Assembly: GCF_020745735.1 (NCBI RefSeq)
Contig: NW_026867444.1
Span: 1-64,000, forward strand
Direction of reading: 5' to 3'
Source: Hemiscyllium ocellatum
Lineage: Eukaryota
Length of the DNA stretch: 64,000 nucleotides
Shown here: positions 49,380 through 63,448 of the stretch, piece by piece
Numbering within the stretch: position 1 is the stretch's first letter
Layout of the letters: every line of letters begins with the position of its first letter
Made by a program: the position numbers and the translations under genes
Notes under the pieces: generated by a model
The model's input: only the letters and a program-made list of their open reading frames with translations
Told to the model about the DNA's origin: nothing
Databases searched by the model: none

Positions 49380-49870
49380 TGCTGCCTGAGGTGTCACTGT
49401 GAGTGTGGGTGTGTTATTCAGAGACATCGACATGCAGCACTGAGTAACATGTTCACACTCAGAGAGACACCTCCAGGCAGCATGGACTGTGAGCATGTTA
49501 CTCGGTGCTCAGAGAGTGTGGTGGTGGAAAAGCATAGCAGGTCAGGCAACATCCGAGGAGCAGGAGAATCAATGCCTTCATCAGGAAAATTCCTTCATCA
49601 GGATGTCCAAAACGTTGATTTTGCTGCTGCTCAGATGCTGCCTGACCTGCTGTGCTTTTCCAGTACCACACTCTCGACTCTAAGCTCCAGCATCTGCAGT
49701 CCTCACTTTTGCCTTGTTACTCAGTGCTGCCTGGCACTCTGAGTGTGTGCGTTACTCAGTGTTGCCTGTAGATATCTCTCTGAGCGTGTGTGTTATTCTG
49801 TACTGCCTGTCAGTATCTCATTCAGTGTGAATGTGTTACTCTGTGCTGCCTGTAAGTGTCTCTGAGGTAT
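49380..49870. repeat. Degenerate minisatellite of about 41 bp downstream of C, interrupted by an inverted PLE-terminus pair (about 49510-49714)
   Basis: GTTACTCAGTGCTGCCTG-like core at 49716, 49751, 49792 and 49835; an inverted unit at about 49435-49480. Confidence 0.6.
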
Positions 49871-50538
49871 TTGTCTCTGAGTGATGAATAGAGAATGGGC
49901 ATTGTGATGGGAATTGAAGACTTGGCTTTAATCGTCTCAAATCATGAATGAAAAACAGTTCAGTCTGAAATGGTGCCTCAGTGAGATGGCCAAAGTTAAA
50001 AATCACACAACACCAGGTTATAGTCCAACAGGTTTCTTTGGAAGTACATGCTTTCAGAGCTCCTTCATCAGGCAGCTAGTGGGGCAGGATCATAGTTGAT
50101 AGAATTTACAGTGAAATTGAGATGGCAACTGAGAAAGGTGAATACTGAGAGTGTGTTCTCAGTAAGGGAGGGATTTCAGAGGCAGTGGGCACTGTGCTCC
50201 CTAATGTGTTGCCTGATTACAAGGGGATTTTCTGGATCCAGGGTCATTGCAGTTGTGGCTGCCTGCCCAGCCAGTGCTGACTACCCATAGTCATATTTCA
50301 ATGGTCAATTAGCTCTAAACTATGTGCAGTAATATTACCTTACAGAGAGGGGAGCTGACTGAACAAGGGTGGTTGTATTCTTGCAGCCCCAAGGGGGGTT
50401 GCAGTGGATTAATGAAGGGTACGACTAACATGAAGGTGCCACCTTCTCTCCCCCTGCCTCAGCTGTGGTGACCCTTGGATTAAACTCACCACCATTTGGC
50501 TCTGTCTGTAATGAGTGAGTGGGACTATGCTCCTCTGG

Positions 50539-53500
50539 GATTAGATTAGATTAGATTACCTACAGTGTGGAAACAGGCCTTTCGGCCCAACCAATCCACA
50601 CCGACCCTCCAAACAGAAACCCACCCGACTCATTTCCCTCTGACTAATGCACCTAAACTATGGGCAATTTAACATGGCCAATTCACCTGATTTGCACATC
50701 TTTGGACTGTGGGAGGAAACCAGGGCAACCGGAGGAAACCCAGGCAGACACAGGGAGAATGTGCAAACTCCACACAGACATTCACCCGAGGCTGGAATCG
50801 AACCTGGGACCCTGGTGCTGTGAGGCAGCAGTGCTAGCAGGGATGATAACCACGTTCCTGGGTGATGGAGGGAAGGTCAACCTCTCCCAAAGGAAGCTCA
50901 AGCTGGATTGAAGGGGTATCAAGAATAAGCATGAGGAGATTGAGGGTAACAGAAGGAGGGGGATGGTTGGCAGGTTGTTATTCAGAGTCAGGTAACAGAG
51001 TATCAGTCCTTCTGACACTCCCATTTTTATCTGTCAGCCAAGGCTCCCTGATTGGACAAGGTTAAACCCATCAGGGAACTCATATTTTATCAGGAAAAAA
51101 AACACTTATCGAACAAGGAGCGCAAGAGCTAAAGGACACTGAACAATATGAATGGTTTGAAAGATTCCTTTACGAACATCGCAAATGAGATTTGGGAAAG
51201 AACCTCTTTCACTCAGAGGGTGGTGGGAATCTGGAATGGACTGTCATAGAATTCCTACAGTGTGGAAACAGGCCATTTGGTGCAACACGTCCCGACCAAT
51301 CCTCCGAAGAGAAATTCACCCGAGATCCACTCCCCTTGGCTATTTCCCCTGACTAACACACCTAACTAACACATCCCTGAACACTATGGACAATTTCAGC
51401 ATGGCCAATTCACCTAAGCTGCACATCTTTGGGTTGTGGGAGGAAACTGGAGCATACAGAGGAAAAACACACAGACACGGGGAGACTGTGCAAACTCCAC
51501 ACAGATACCCAGGACTGGAATCGACCCGGGTCCCTAGTGCTGTGAGGCAGCAGTACTAACCACTGAGCCACCATGCCACCCATAAAAAAGCCCAAAGAGT
51601 TGAGATTTCATTCAGCTTCATGAGTCTGATGTGACACAAACTATAAACTCGCAACCCTCTGTCAGGGAAGGTAGTGGAGGGTAGATACCTTACAATCCCT
51701 GAATATCATAACATTCATGGATTTGGGACAACGGCAGGAAATTGGGATAAAAGTGCCTTCAGTTGTAATTATGTTTGTGCAGACTCAATGGGCCGAAATG
51801 CCTTTTCTATGTTGTATCTATGCTGAGAGGGCTGTTCAGGTTAATGGTGACTAGTATAGGCTGTCGAGGGTGGAACATACATGATCAAGGTTCAGAGGAA
51901 ATGGTTTAAGCTTCAGTGAAGGCCCAAGTAGGAGCTTGGAAGGAGGGTCAAGACTAATGGAAGCAAGGCCAATGGAGACTGAGCAAAAGCACAGAGTGCT
52001 GGCTGACATCTCCAGGGGTTGTCGTGAGGAATATGGGGACAAGAGGGGAGTGTGTAGGGAGTGAGTACAGTTTCAAATGAAATGCGACCTTTGCCAGCAG
52101 CAGCATGACCTTCAGCACCAGGGGGTGTCCCTGACTGTGTCAGGCTCACTGACTGCTCTCTGTGTGATTCCACACAGCCACTCGTCTGGTCACCACGCAA
52201 AGTCTGGCACATGTTTATACTACTTGCTACAGCACAGCCTGCACCCAGCATCTGCACCTTCTGTCAATGCGACTGTCTATACACACCATTTGTACCCTCC
52301 GTTTACACCCGGTGTCCAAACCCACTGTCTACACCGCTGTCTGCACCCTCCATCTACACCTCCCATCTTTATGCTGCTGTCAGATTGTATACAATGATTC
52401 CATTGAGCTTACTGCAACAGAAGCCTGAATTTTAGAACTGGCAATGACTGTCCTCTCACCCTGACCTTCAAAGTCTGTCTTCCATAATGAGGTGATTAAT
52501 ATTAATGACTGAATGCCATTTGATTTCTGTGAAGGCAGGACTGATGTATAAAGAGAGGTTGAGTTGGTGAGGATTGTGTTCATTGGAGTTTAGAAGAATG
52601 AAGGAAGGGAATCTTGTACAAAGGTATAAAATTGGAACAGGATGAGACATGTTAGATGGAGGAAGGATGTTCCAAATGGTGGGGAAGTCCAGAACCAGGG
52701 CTCATAGTTTAAGGTTAAGGGGTAAACTCTATAGGATAGAGATGAGGAAAAATGTTTTCACCCAGAGAGTGGTGAGCCTGTGGAATTCTCTGTCACAGAA
52801 AGTTGTTGAGGCCAAAACATTATGTTTTCAAGAAGGGGGTAGAGATAGCTCTTGTGGCTAAAGATTCAAGGGGTATGGGGTAGGGAGGGATTACAGTGTA
52901 GTGCTCGATGATCAGCCATGACCATAGATAGATTCTTGGTGACTGAAGGGATGAAACATTATCAGAGAATGTAGAGTTGAGGTTAAAATCAGATCAGCCA
53001 TAAGGGCCGAGTGGCCTACTTTTGTTCCTTGCCCATATGTTGCCTCATACACTTTCACACAATCAAAGACTGTCATTTGTATATTCTACATGCAGATGAA
53101 GCTGCTTGTGCAATAGGCCTCATCTGTACAGTGTTTTGTCCAGCCTTTCACCATCATATGTTTAGGATAATGGTCCCATAATCAATCCATTAACTTTGTA
53201 AGTTAGTTTAGTTAAAGCAATAACACACATTACAAGTCGTGAAGCAGACATTACAGCAAGCAAGAATGGACTGCACTGAGGCTCAGTGGTCAGCACTGCT
53301 GTCCCACAGCACCAGGGACCCAGGTTCGATTCCAGCCTCGGGCAACTGTCTGTTTGGAGTTTGCACATTCTCCCCGTGTCTCTGTGGGTTTCCTCTGGAT
53401 GCTCCGGTTTCTTCCCACAGTCAAAGGATATGCAGGTTCGGTGAATTGGCCAAACTAAATTGTCCATCGTGTTCAGGGATATGTGGGTTAGGTGCAGAAG

Positions 53501-56500
53501 TCAGAGAATATGTAGAGTAATGGGGTGGGGGAGTGGGATGCTCTTTGGAGGGTCAGTGTGGAGGCCTATTTCCACACGGTAGGGATTCAGCGAATTGATC
53601 TTGGTCTGTGCAGCTTGCAGGCTCACAGATGACTAACTGGTGGGTAGAGTTCAACACTGTACATACACAGGGATGGATTTTCTTAAAGGTAATGTGTTCA
53701 TACAGCACACAGCTACTGAACATCAAGGCAAGATAGTTACATTCTCTCTTGTTGGAGACAGTCATTGCCTGGCAGCTGTGTGGCCCAAATGTAACCTTAT
53801 TCATGTTCCAAACCCACATCTCTATCAATAAAATGCTTTGGAACATCCTCAGGTAACAAAAAGTGCTATACATTTGGGGTGGCACGATGGCTCAGTGGTT
53901 GGCACTGCTGCCTCACAGCATCAGGGATCCGCCTCAGACAGGTCTGTGTGGAGTTTTCACGTTCTCCCTGTATCTGCGTGAGCTTCCCCCAGGTACTCTG
54001 GCTTCCTCCCACTGTCCTAAAGATCTGCAGGCTGGTAAATTGGCCATGCTAAATTGCCTACAGTGTCCAGGGATGAGCAGGCTACGTGGATTAGCCATTG
54101 GAAAATACAGGGATAGCATCGGGGTCTGGATGGAATGCTCTTCAGAGGGGTGGTGTGTACTCGATAGGCTGAATGGCCTACTTCCACACTATAGGGATTT
54201 TGTGATACAAATGAAAGTTCCTTCTTTCCATTCTAGCCCTGAAGCATGTGGTTCTGTCTCATATCCACTCAAGAGATGGCAACCCTTTGAAGACAGGAGC
54301 AGCCTCTATTCTTTTGGAAAGTACTTCTTCCAATCTGTGCCCTTCACAGCCTTGTAGACAGCAACAATGAGGTCGGGAAATAACCTAAAGATATAATCTT
54401 CTGGACTCTTCATTAAACTGTGGAACCTGAAAAGTACAATTAATGTCCAAGTCAATGAAGATATTTCTCAGCAATCCCTAAATGCTGAGGTTTAGTACTC
54501 AGCAGGCCCCAGGAGTCAAAATAACCGAGTTGATCATTGCTCTGAATTGCTCATAAATGTCACCTTCACATTTCTGGAGGCTTTGATCAAAAAGGTTGCT
54601 TACTCCTCTCCAAAATACAGCTTAAAATCAGCTCCAACTCCCAACCATCCAGCTGAGAGCAGAGCCCTGTACAAACTGGAACCTGGTCAGTGGGAGCACT
54701 GTCACCTCTGTCTCAGAAGCTTTGTCTATTTAAACCAGTGTCTTAGTCAGAGAGTCATTCAGCACGAAAACAGACCCTTCGGTTCAACTCATCCATGCCA
54801 ACCAGACATCCTCATCTAGTTCCATTTGCCATGATTTAGCCCTTATCCCTCTAAACCCTTCCTGTTCATGGACCCATATAAATGATGTAATTGTACCAGC
54901 TTCCACCACTTCCACTGGCAGCTCATTCCGTGCATGCACCATCCTCTGCATGAAAAGTTGCCCCTTAATTCCCTTACAAATTCTTCCTCTATCACCTTAA
55001 ACCTATGCCCTCTAGTTTTGGACTGACATACCCTGGGAAAAAGACCTTGGATATTCACCTTATCGATGCGCTTCATGATTTTATAAACCTCCATAAGTTC
55101 ACCCCTCAACCTCCAACGCTCCAGGGAAAGTAGCCCCAATCTATTCAGCCTCTCCTTGTAGCTCAAACCAGCAACATCCTTGCAAATCTTTATTTGCCCC
55201 CTTTCAACTTGAACAACATTATTCCTAGAGCAGGAAGACCAGAACTGAGCCCTGTATTCTCAAGGTGTCCTCACCAATGGCCACTTTGGTGGACAGCCAG
55301 AACATGACATCCCAACTCCTATACTCAATGCATGGACCAATAAAGGCAAGTGTACCAATCACCTTCGTCACTACCCTGTTTATCCATGGCTTCACTTTGA
55401 AGGAACTGTGAGCCTGCACTCCAAGGTCTCTTTGCTCAGTAACAATCTCCAGGAACCTGCCCTGATTTGCCTTCCCAAAAAGCAATGCCTTACACTTATC
55501 TAAATTAAACTCCATCTCCCACTCCTTGCCCATTGGCCCATCTGAACACACATTGATCATACATTACGAACTGGAACATATGGAAGGCATTGGTGAGACA
55601 CAACTGCAGTATTGTGTCCAATTGTGGTCTGCTTATGAAATTAGATTACTTACGTATGGAAACAGGCCCCTCGACCCAACAAGTCCACACTGACCCTCCG
55701 AAGAGCATCCCACCCAAACCCATTCCCTTACACCTTACACCATTTGAGGAAGGATGTGGTGGCACTGGAGGCTGTTCAGAGGATGTTCCCCAGACTGATC
55801 CCAGGGATGAAAGGGCTGTCCTATGAGGAGCAGTTAAATAGATTGGGCTTGTACTCACTGGAGTTCAAAAGAATGAGGAGGGATCTGACTGAGGGATAGA
55901 AAATGTGAAAGGGATTGATAAGGAGGACGTTGAATAGATGCTCCCCCTTGTGGGACAGTCTGGAACAAGAGGTCATCGATATCGAGTGAGAGGAGGTTGG
56001 TTCAAAACTGAGATGAGGAGAAACTACTTCTCCCAGAGGGTTGTGAATCTGTGAAACTCAATGCCCCAGAGTGCAGTGGAGGCAGAATCAATCAATAGGC
56101 TCAAGAACGATGTGTTTCTGATTAAACATGAGATAAAGAACAAGGGGGAGCAGGCAGGAGAGTGGAGTTGAGACCAGGATAAGATCAGCCACGGCCATGT
56201 TAAATGGCGGAGCGGGCTCAAAGGGCTGAATTGCCTCCTCCTGCTCCTAATTCCTATGTTGAGCACACAGTCAAGGCTGACACTGCAAAACTGAGGGAGC
56301 TGTTGTCTTTCAGGTGAGATACAAAACAGAGATCCTGCCACAATATATCCAACTGTACTATCTCCCCAGTGACAAGTGCTGGAATTTGAATTCAAATCAC
56401 AAAGCAAGCCTCATTAATGGTGACCACAATAATGATCCCTGAATGCTGTCCAGCCCCAGCCTTACCCAATCTGGACTTCATGTGACTCCAGCCCCACAGC

Positions 56501-59500
56501 AATCTGGTTAACTCTTAGATGCCTTCTGAGAGGCCACAGCAAGGCCAGCAGTTCAAGGATAATTAGTCTTGGGCAACAAATGGTGATCTATGCCATTGAC
56601 ACCCACCTCCCAGAAACCAGAATGCAATAGAGATTGGTGTCAGCCAAAATTGTCAGATTAGACTCCCAATGAGATGGGGAGATGCTTCAAATGAATTCAG
56701 CTCAGTATGGAACAGGTCCCCACTTGTTAACCCATCATCACTGACAAAATAAGGGGAGAACACAGAAAACTAAAGGTGAGAACACTCAAATGTGGGAATA
56801 TCAGTGAGAATTCAGGCAACTAAAGGAAGATATGAAGAACTGCAAAGGAAGACAAAAAGGAAGCAAGAGTTACAAAAAAGTGATTGAGAGAGAGACCTGC
56901 AAGGGGTCACAAGAATAACACAAATGCTTTACACGAAAATTAGAAAATCAAGGAGGCTCCAGTGCAATGTGAGCCCTTTAAAAACAAACTGGGAATTCCA
57001 TGAATGAGACTAAGGGAATGGCCGATGTGAACAATAATTAGTTGTGTCGGTCTTCACAGTCAAAACACGGGATAATGCAGCTTCCACTCCAGGGAGGTTA
57101 ATAATGAATGGAAGATTTGAATTCACAATAGTTGATACTTGCCAGAAAACAGCATTGTAAAGCGAGTAGCTCTAAAGGCTGAAAGATCTCCAGGACCTTA
57201 GGAGTTTAAAGGAAGGGGGGGAAGAAGTTTAAGAGGCTTTTCCCATCAGATTCCAAAGCAGTAACGATTCCTTTAGTTTGGAAAATGTCTTGCTGTAACT
57301 CCACGGGTTGAAGAAAGATGAGCGAGGGAACCGAGGAAATTATATCCTGGTCAATCTAACATCTCTTTTAGGGATTTCATTGGAATCTATAATTAACAGC
57401 CGAGAGAATGAACATGTACAGAATTGGAAATAGCCCACATAGATTTGTGATGGGTAAGTTCTAACTAACAAACCAAATGCATTAAATAAAATAGTTGATA
57501 GGATGTATAGGCTTATCAACTTTCAGAAGTACTCAATCATTTACCATAAAACAGTCTGCTGACCAATATTAAAACCCATAGGATTGAAGATGAATGTTTG
57601 ACTTGGTTCAGAGGCTGGTTTAGTGACAGACAACAGAGAAAGAAAGTGACGAGTGGTGTTCCACAAGGATTCTGTGGTGAGGCCTTAACTACTTACTGTA
57701 TGTATTAATGAGAATCATAGTTCCACATTGACACAAAGACTGATGGAATAGTAAGTGGTGAAGATGGTGTTTTTGTTTAAAACTCACTTGGAGGACATGG
57801 GTGTTGCTGTCTGGGCAAAATTCCTAGTTGCCCTCGAGAATCATAGAATCATTATATGGTGTGGAAACAGGCCATTCAGCCCATCAAGTTCACACCAACC
57901 CACCAAACAGCATCCCATCTAGATCAGCCCCATCCTTGTAATGCTGCATTTCCCATGGCTAATCCACCCTGCCTGCACATCCCTGGACACGACGTGCAAT
58001 TTAGCATGGCTAATCCACCAAACCTGCACATCTATGGATTGTGTGGAGGAAACTCACTCAGACATGGGGAAAATGTGCAAACTCCAGACAGACAGTCATC
58101 CCAGGATGGATTTGAACCCAGGTCCCTGGCGCTGTAAGGGAGCAGCACTAACCACTGACCCACAATGCTGCCCTTTGCAAGGTGGTCGTGAGCTGTCTTC
58201 TTGAACCGCTGCAGTCCATGTGCTGTAGATAAACCCACAATGCCCTAAGGGAGGGAAGTCCAAGATTTTGACCCAGCGATACTGAAGGAACAGTAGTATA
58301 TTTTCAAATCAGGATGCTATGTAGATTAGAGTGGAACTTGAAGGTGGTGGTGTTCTGTGTATCTGCTGCCCTTGTCCTTCAAATGGAAATGGCCTTGGGT
58401 TTGGACTGTGCTGTCTCAGGAGACTTGGTGGATTTCTGCAGAGCATCTTGTTGATGGTGCACACGGCTGCTACTGAGTATCAGTGGTGGAGGGAGTGAAT
58501 GTTTGTGGATGTGGTGCCAATCAAGCAGGTTGCTTTGTACTGGATGATATCAAGCTTCTTGACTGTTTTTGGAGCTGTGCCCATCCAGGCATGTGGGGAG
58601 TAATCCATCACACTCCGATCCAAAGCTTGACTGATCTTTTCTTAATTTATTTACGGGATTGGGCATCACATGGTATGCCAGCATTTTTTGCCCAGAATCA
58701 AGTGGGGTGGCACAGAGACTAGCACTGTTGCCTCACAGCGTAGGGACCTGAGTTCGATTCCTCGGGCAGCTGATTTTGTGGCGTTTACACATTCTCCCTG
58801 TGTCGGCTTGGGTTCCCTCCAGGTGATCTGGTTTCCTTCCACAGTCCAAAAATGCATGGGATCATTGGAATGGCCATGGGAAATGCAAGGTTATAGGGGA
58901 GTGGGTCTGGGTGAGATGCTCTTTGGAGAGGCGGTATGGGCTGAATGGCCTGTTTCCATTGTAGGGATTCTATTGATTTCTTCACTCAGAGGAATCTTTG
59001 GAATACTCATCTCCAGATACTTAGTCAGTACTTAGTAATTTGAATAAATTCAAGATAGAGCTCACCTGCATGTGGGGCGGCAATGGCCTAGTGGTATCAT
59101 TACGAGATTGTTAATCCAGCGAGCCAAGTCATGTCTGGGGGACCTGGGTTCAAATCCTGGCAAAGGCACGGAGTGTAATTTAAATTTTAAAAATCTCAAA
59201 TTAAGAGTCTAATGATGACAATTGGTTGGGGAGAGTCCCATTGAGCCCACTAAAGTCCTTTAGACTGCTGTCCTGGTGTCATACTAACTGACATATCACT
59301 GCAGACCCACAGCAATGATGAATCATCAAATCCCTAGTGTGTGGAAGAAGGACATTCAGCCCACAGCCACCTCCCTCTCCTATCCCTGGAGCATTACACG
59401 TCCCATGGCTGATCCACCTAGCCTGCACATCTTTGGATTGAGAGAGGAACCCCCCACAGACATGGGGAGAACATGCAAACTCCACACAGACAGTTTCCTG

Positions 59501-59560
59501 AGGGTGGAATCGAACCCAGGTCCCTGGTGTTGTCAGGCAGTGGTGATAGCTGCTGTGACC
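50539..59560. mobile_element. Cluster of HE1-type SINEs among CR1 fragments
   Basis: Approximate copies at 50539-50837(-), 51247-51581(-), 53273-53588(+), 53876-54200(+), 55640-55742(-, tail only), 57842-58173(-), 58704-58975(+) and 59325-59560(-). Confidence 0.8.
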
Positions 59561-61049
59561 CCCATTCCACATCGGAGATCGAAACGTCTAACCCCTTATT
59601 CCCAGACTGGGTCTCAGCTTTAGAATTCCCAAATAGCGGCAGATCCTCCCAAAATCTACCCTGTCAGGTCCCTGGAGAATTTGAAATGTTTCAGTGAAAT
59701 CTCCTCCCAACCTTCTAAATTCCAGGGATGAGATCTGCAATTTCCTCCTGGCTTCCCAGAGAATCTGAGGATAAATCCCATTCCTCACCCAGTCCCCTCT
59801 CTCGATCATGAGACAATCCTCTCAACCCTTCACATGAACTGTTGCTGGGTTTGATCATCTCAGTAAGAGTTTCAAGGAGGGAAGGAGAAAGAAAGACTCT
59901 TTCTGCTTTGAATCAATGCTAAAAGTTGACAAAGCAGGAAAATATTGCCACCAACTATTGTTAACATACTCTTTCTATTCATCAAAGTGTTGGATGAGGT
60001 TTCTTATGAATTTCAGGAGGTCACTGGTGGTGTCCTTGTATTCTTTATTCTTGCCTTGTCTCTTGTTCATGTCATTCAGGAGAACGGAGTCATCCTCGAA
60101 GGAAATGAACAACAGAGTTTGTTTTCTCTGTTGATTGAATACACCTTGCTTGCTCCTCTGATCACCTGAAGAAGGGGCGAGGCTTGTGTCCTATAATAAA
60201 CCTGTTGGACTATAACCTGGTTTCGTTTGATTTTTGACCTTGGGGATTCCTGGATACAAGGTGTTCAGTAAAGATAGGAAAGAGAGAAAATTGCGAGAAG
60301 TGGTGGGACTGTTCTGAAGCCAGACAGTGCTGACCAACGTTAGGCCCTGAGATATGATGGAGATGAAGGGTGAACTGTGCCAGGCTTTAACTCACTGTTA
60401 CCAGAGTAAAACAGGGATTACCCAGTTCACAAGAGAGTAAATGGAACTAACAAACCAGGTACGTGTGAAACACCCACCCTGTCCCTGAGAGAGGGGGACA
60501 AGAACAGGGACATTCTCAGACAGAAAGGATGCTAAAAATGGGATCACCCCGAGAGTGAAGGGTGGGGTGGAGACAGTGACAGCGACACTCCCCCAGAGAG
60601 TGGGGAAAGTAACACTGACACATTTAAAACTATATTATCACAAATGAAAATTCAAACAGCCACCCACTCCATCATATGGTGTTGAAGATGCACTATCCTC
60701 ATCAAAACATGTTTGCAAACCTCTTCACAACACGTAAGGGGAGAGAAACATTGAAAACTGTATTATCACGAGTGAGGGTCCATTTAAAACTTGGTCCATG
60801 ATGTTAAATGTTCCCAGCCGTAAACAACACTGGTGTATTGATGTCATTATCTTATTGAACAATATTAAAACCTCGGTCAAACATTTTCCTGCAGACAGTG
60901 TATTTAAAATATCAAGAGGCTTTCCCCATTGTTGGTTTGATCAGTGACATAGCAAGGAAGCAGCAGCTGCCCCATGAACTCCAACAAAAGAATGAGCACA
61001 GCCTCTTCATATGGAGCTGGCTCCCGAGAATCCAATTCAACAGCAGGGA

Positions 61050-62142
61050 CCAAAGAACAAGGAACAATACAGCACAGGAACAGGCCCTTCGGCCCTAAAA
61101 GCCGGTGCTGACACATTTTGCCCTTCCTCACTGAAAATGTCTTAACCTACAGGATTCGTATCCCTCTATTCCCTTCCTATTCATGCATTAGTGCAGGCAT
61201 TTTTTGAATACTTCTATTGTGTCTGCTTCCACCCCCTCCTCTGGCAGTGTGTTCCAGGTACTCAACTCCCTTTGTGTAAAATACTAGCCTCGCACATCTC
61301 TTTTAAATTCCCCTCTCCCCCGCACCTTGAACCTCTGTCCCCGAGTAAGTGATCCCTCCATCCTGGGAAAAAGCCTCATATTTTCCATTATACCTATGCC
61401 ATTCAAAACTTTATAAACTTCTTTGAGGTCACACCTCATTTTCTCTCATTCTGGTGAAAACAAACCCAGTCTATTCAACCTTTCTTCAGAATTAAAATCC
61501 CCCATACCAGACAATATCCTGGTAAACATTTTCTGCACCGTCTTCAAAACATCCACCTCCTTCTGATGGTGTGGTGACCAGAACTGTATACAATATTCCA
61601 AGTGTGGCCTAACTAATGTTCGATAAGCTGCAGCATGACTTGTCTATCTGTGTACTCAATGCCCCTTCCAATGAAGGCAAGCAGGCCATAAGCCTTTTTC
61701 ACTGCCTTACCTCCCCATGCTGCCACCTTCAGTGATCTGTGAACATACACACCCAGATCCCTCTGCATATCAATACTCCAAAGGATTCTACCATTCACTG
61801 TATAATTCCCACCCGTACATCACCTTTCAAAATGCATCACCTCACATTTGTCTGGATTAAACTACATCTGCCATTTTTCTGTCCATGCATCCAACTGATC
61901 TATATCCTGCTGTATCCTCTGACAATCCTTCTCATTACCTGTAATTCTACCAATCTTTGGATCAACGGTAAACATTTAAGTAGACCAGCTACACTTTCCT
62001 CTAAGTCATTTATGTAGACCACATACAGCAGAGTTCCCACCACTGATCCCTGTGGGACACTAGGAATCACAGCCCTCCATTCCAAAAACCATCCCCCCAT
62101 CACTGCCCTCTGTCTCCTCTGACTCAGCCAGTTCTATATCCA
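61050..62142 (-). mobile_element. 5'-truncated CR1
   Basis: VPQGSVVGTLLYVVYINDLEE and RDLGVYVHRSLKV motifs; tail near 61050. Confidence 0.85.
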
Positions 62143-62164
62143 ATGCTGGGAACATTTTTGACAA

Positions 62165-63448
62165 CTGCAAATGTGTTGCTGGTCAAAGCACAGCAGGTTA
62201 GGCAGCATCTCAGGAATAGAAAATTCGACGTTTCGAGCATAAGCCCTTCATCAGGAATAAGAGAGAGAGCCAAGCAGGCTGAGATAAAAGGTAGGGAGGA
62301 GGGACTAGGGGGAGGGGCGATGGAGGTGGGATAGGTGGAAGGAGGTCAAGGTGAGGGTGATAGGCCGGAGTGGGGTGGGGGCGGAGAGGTCAGGAAGAGG
62401 ATTGCAGGTTAGGAGGGCGGTGCTGAGTTGAGGGAACCGACTGAGACAAGGTGGGGGGAGGGGAAATGAGGAAGCTGGAGAAATCTGAATTCATACCTTG
62501 TGGTTGGAGGGTTCCCAGGCGGAAGATGAGGCGCTCCTCCTCCAGCCGTCGTGTAGTTGTGTTCTGCCGGTGGAGGAGTCCAAGGACCTGCATGTCCTCG
62601 GTGGAGTGGGAGGGGGAGTTAAAGTGTTGAGCCACGGGGTGATTGGGTTGGTTGGTTCGGGCGGCCCAGAGGTGTTCTCTGAAGCGTTCCGCAAGTAAGC
62701 GGCCTGTCTCACCAATATAGAGGAGGCCACATCGGGTGCAGCGGATGCAATAGATGATGTGTGTGGAGGTACAGGTGAACTTGTGGCGGATATGGAAGGA
62801 TCCCTTGGGGCCTTGGAGGGAAGTGAGTGTGGAGGTGTGGGCGCAAGTTTTACATTTCCTGCGGTTGCAGGGGAAGGTGCCGGGGGTGGAGGTTGGGTTG
62901 GTGGGGGGTGTGGATCTGACAAGGGAGTCACGAAGGGAGTGGTCCTTGCGGAACGCTGATAGGGGAGGGGAGGGAAATATATCCTTGGTGGTGGGGTCCG
63001 TTTGGAGGTGGCGGAAATGGCGGCGGATAATACGTTGTATGCGCAGGTTGGTGGGGTGGTAGGTGAGAACCAGTGGGGTTCTGTCTTGGTGGCGGTTGGA
63101 GGAGCGGGGCTCAAGGGCGGAGGAGCGGGAAGTGGAGGAGATGCGGTGGAGGGCATCGTCGATCACGTCTGGGGGGAATCTGCGGTCCTTGAAGAAGGAG
63201 GCCATCTGGGCTGTGCGGTGTTGGAATTGGTCCTCCTGGGAGCAGATGCGGCGGAGACGAAGGAATTGGGAATATGGGATGGCGTTTTTACAGGGGGCAG
63301 GGTGGGAGGAGGTGTAGTCCAGGTAGCTGTGGGAGTCAGTCGGTTTATAATAGATGTCTGTGTTGAGTCGGTCGCCCGAGATAGAAATGGAAAGGTCTAG
63401 GAAAGGGAGGGAGGAGTCTGAGACAGTCCAGGTGAATTTCAGGTCGGG
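62165..63448 (-). mobile_element. Penelope-like element 3' part: RT thumb, Cys linker and GIY-YIG endonuclease, then terminal repeat
   Basis: Open frame from about 63448 (PDLKFTW...YKPTDSHSYL...) through CNRRKCKTC and IIYCIRCTRCGLLYIGETGR to the stop at 62390. The Cys-rich linker suggests the Neptune group. Confidence 0.92.
62223..62258 (-). ncRNA. Minimal type-I hammerhead ribozyme motif in the PLE terminus
   Basis: 5'-AUUC CUGAUGA A GGGC UUAU GCUC GAAAC GUC GAAU-3': 4-bp stem I, 4-bp stem II, palindromic ACGU in place of stem III, GUC triplet. One extra A follows the CUGAUGA box. Confidence 0.65.

Noticed and set aside
1078-59560. tRNA genes
   Set aside because: The A- and B-box sequences are SINE heads followed by SINE bodies and LINE-derived tails; no complete cloverleaf was seen.
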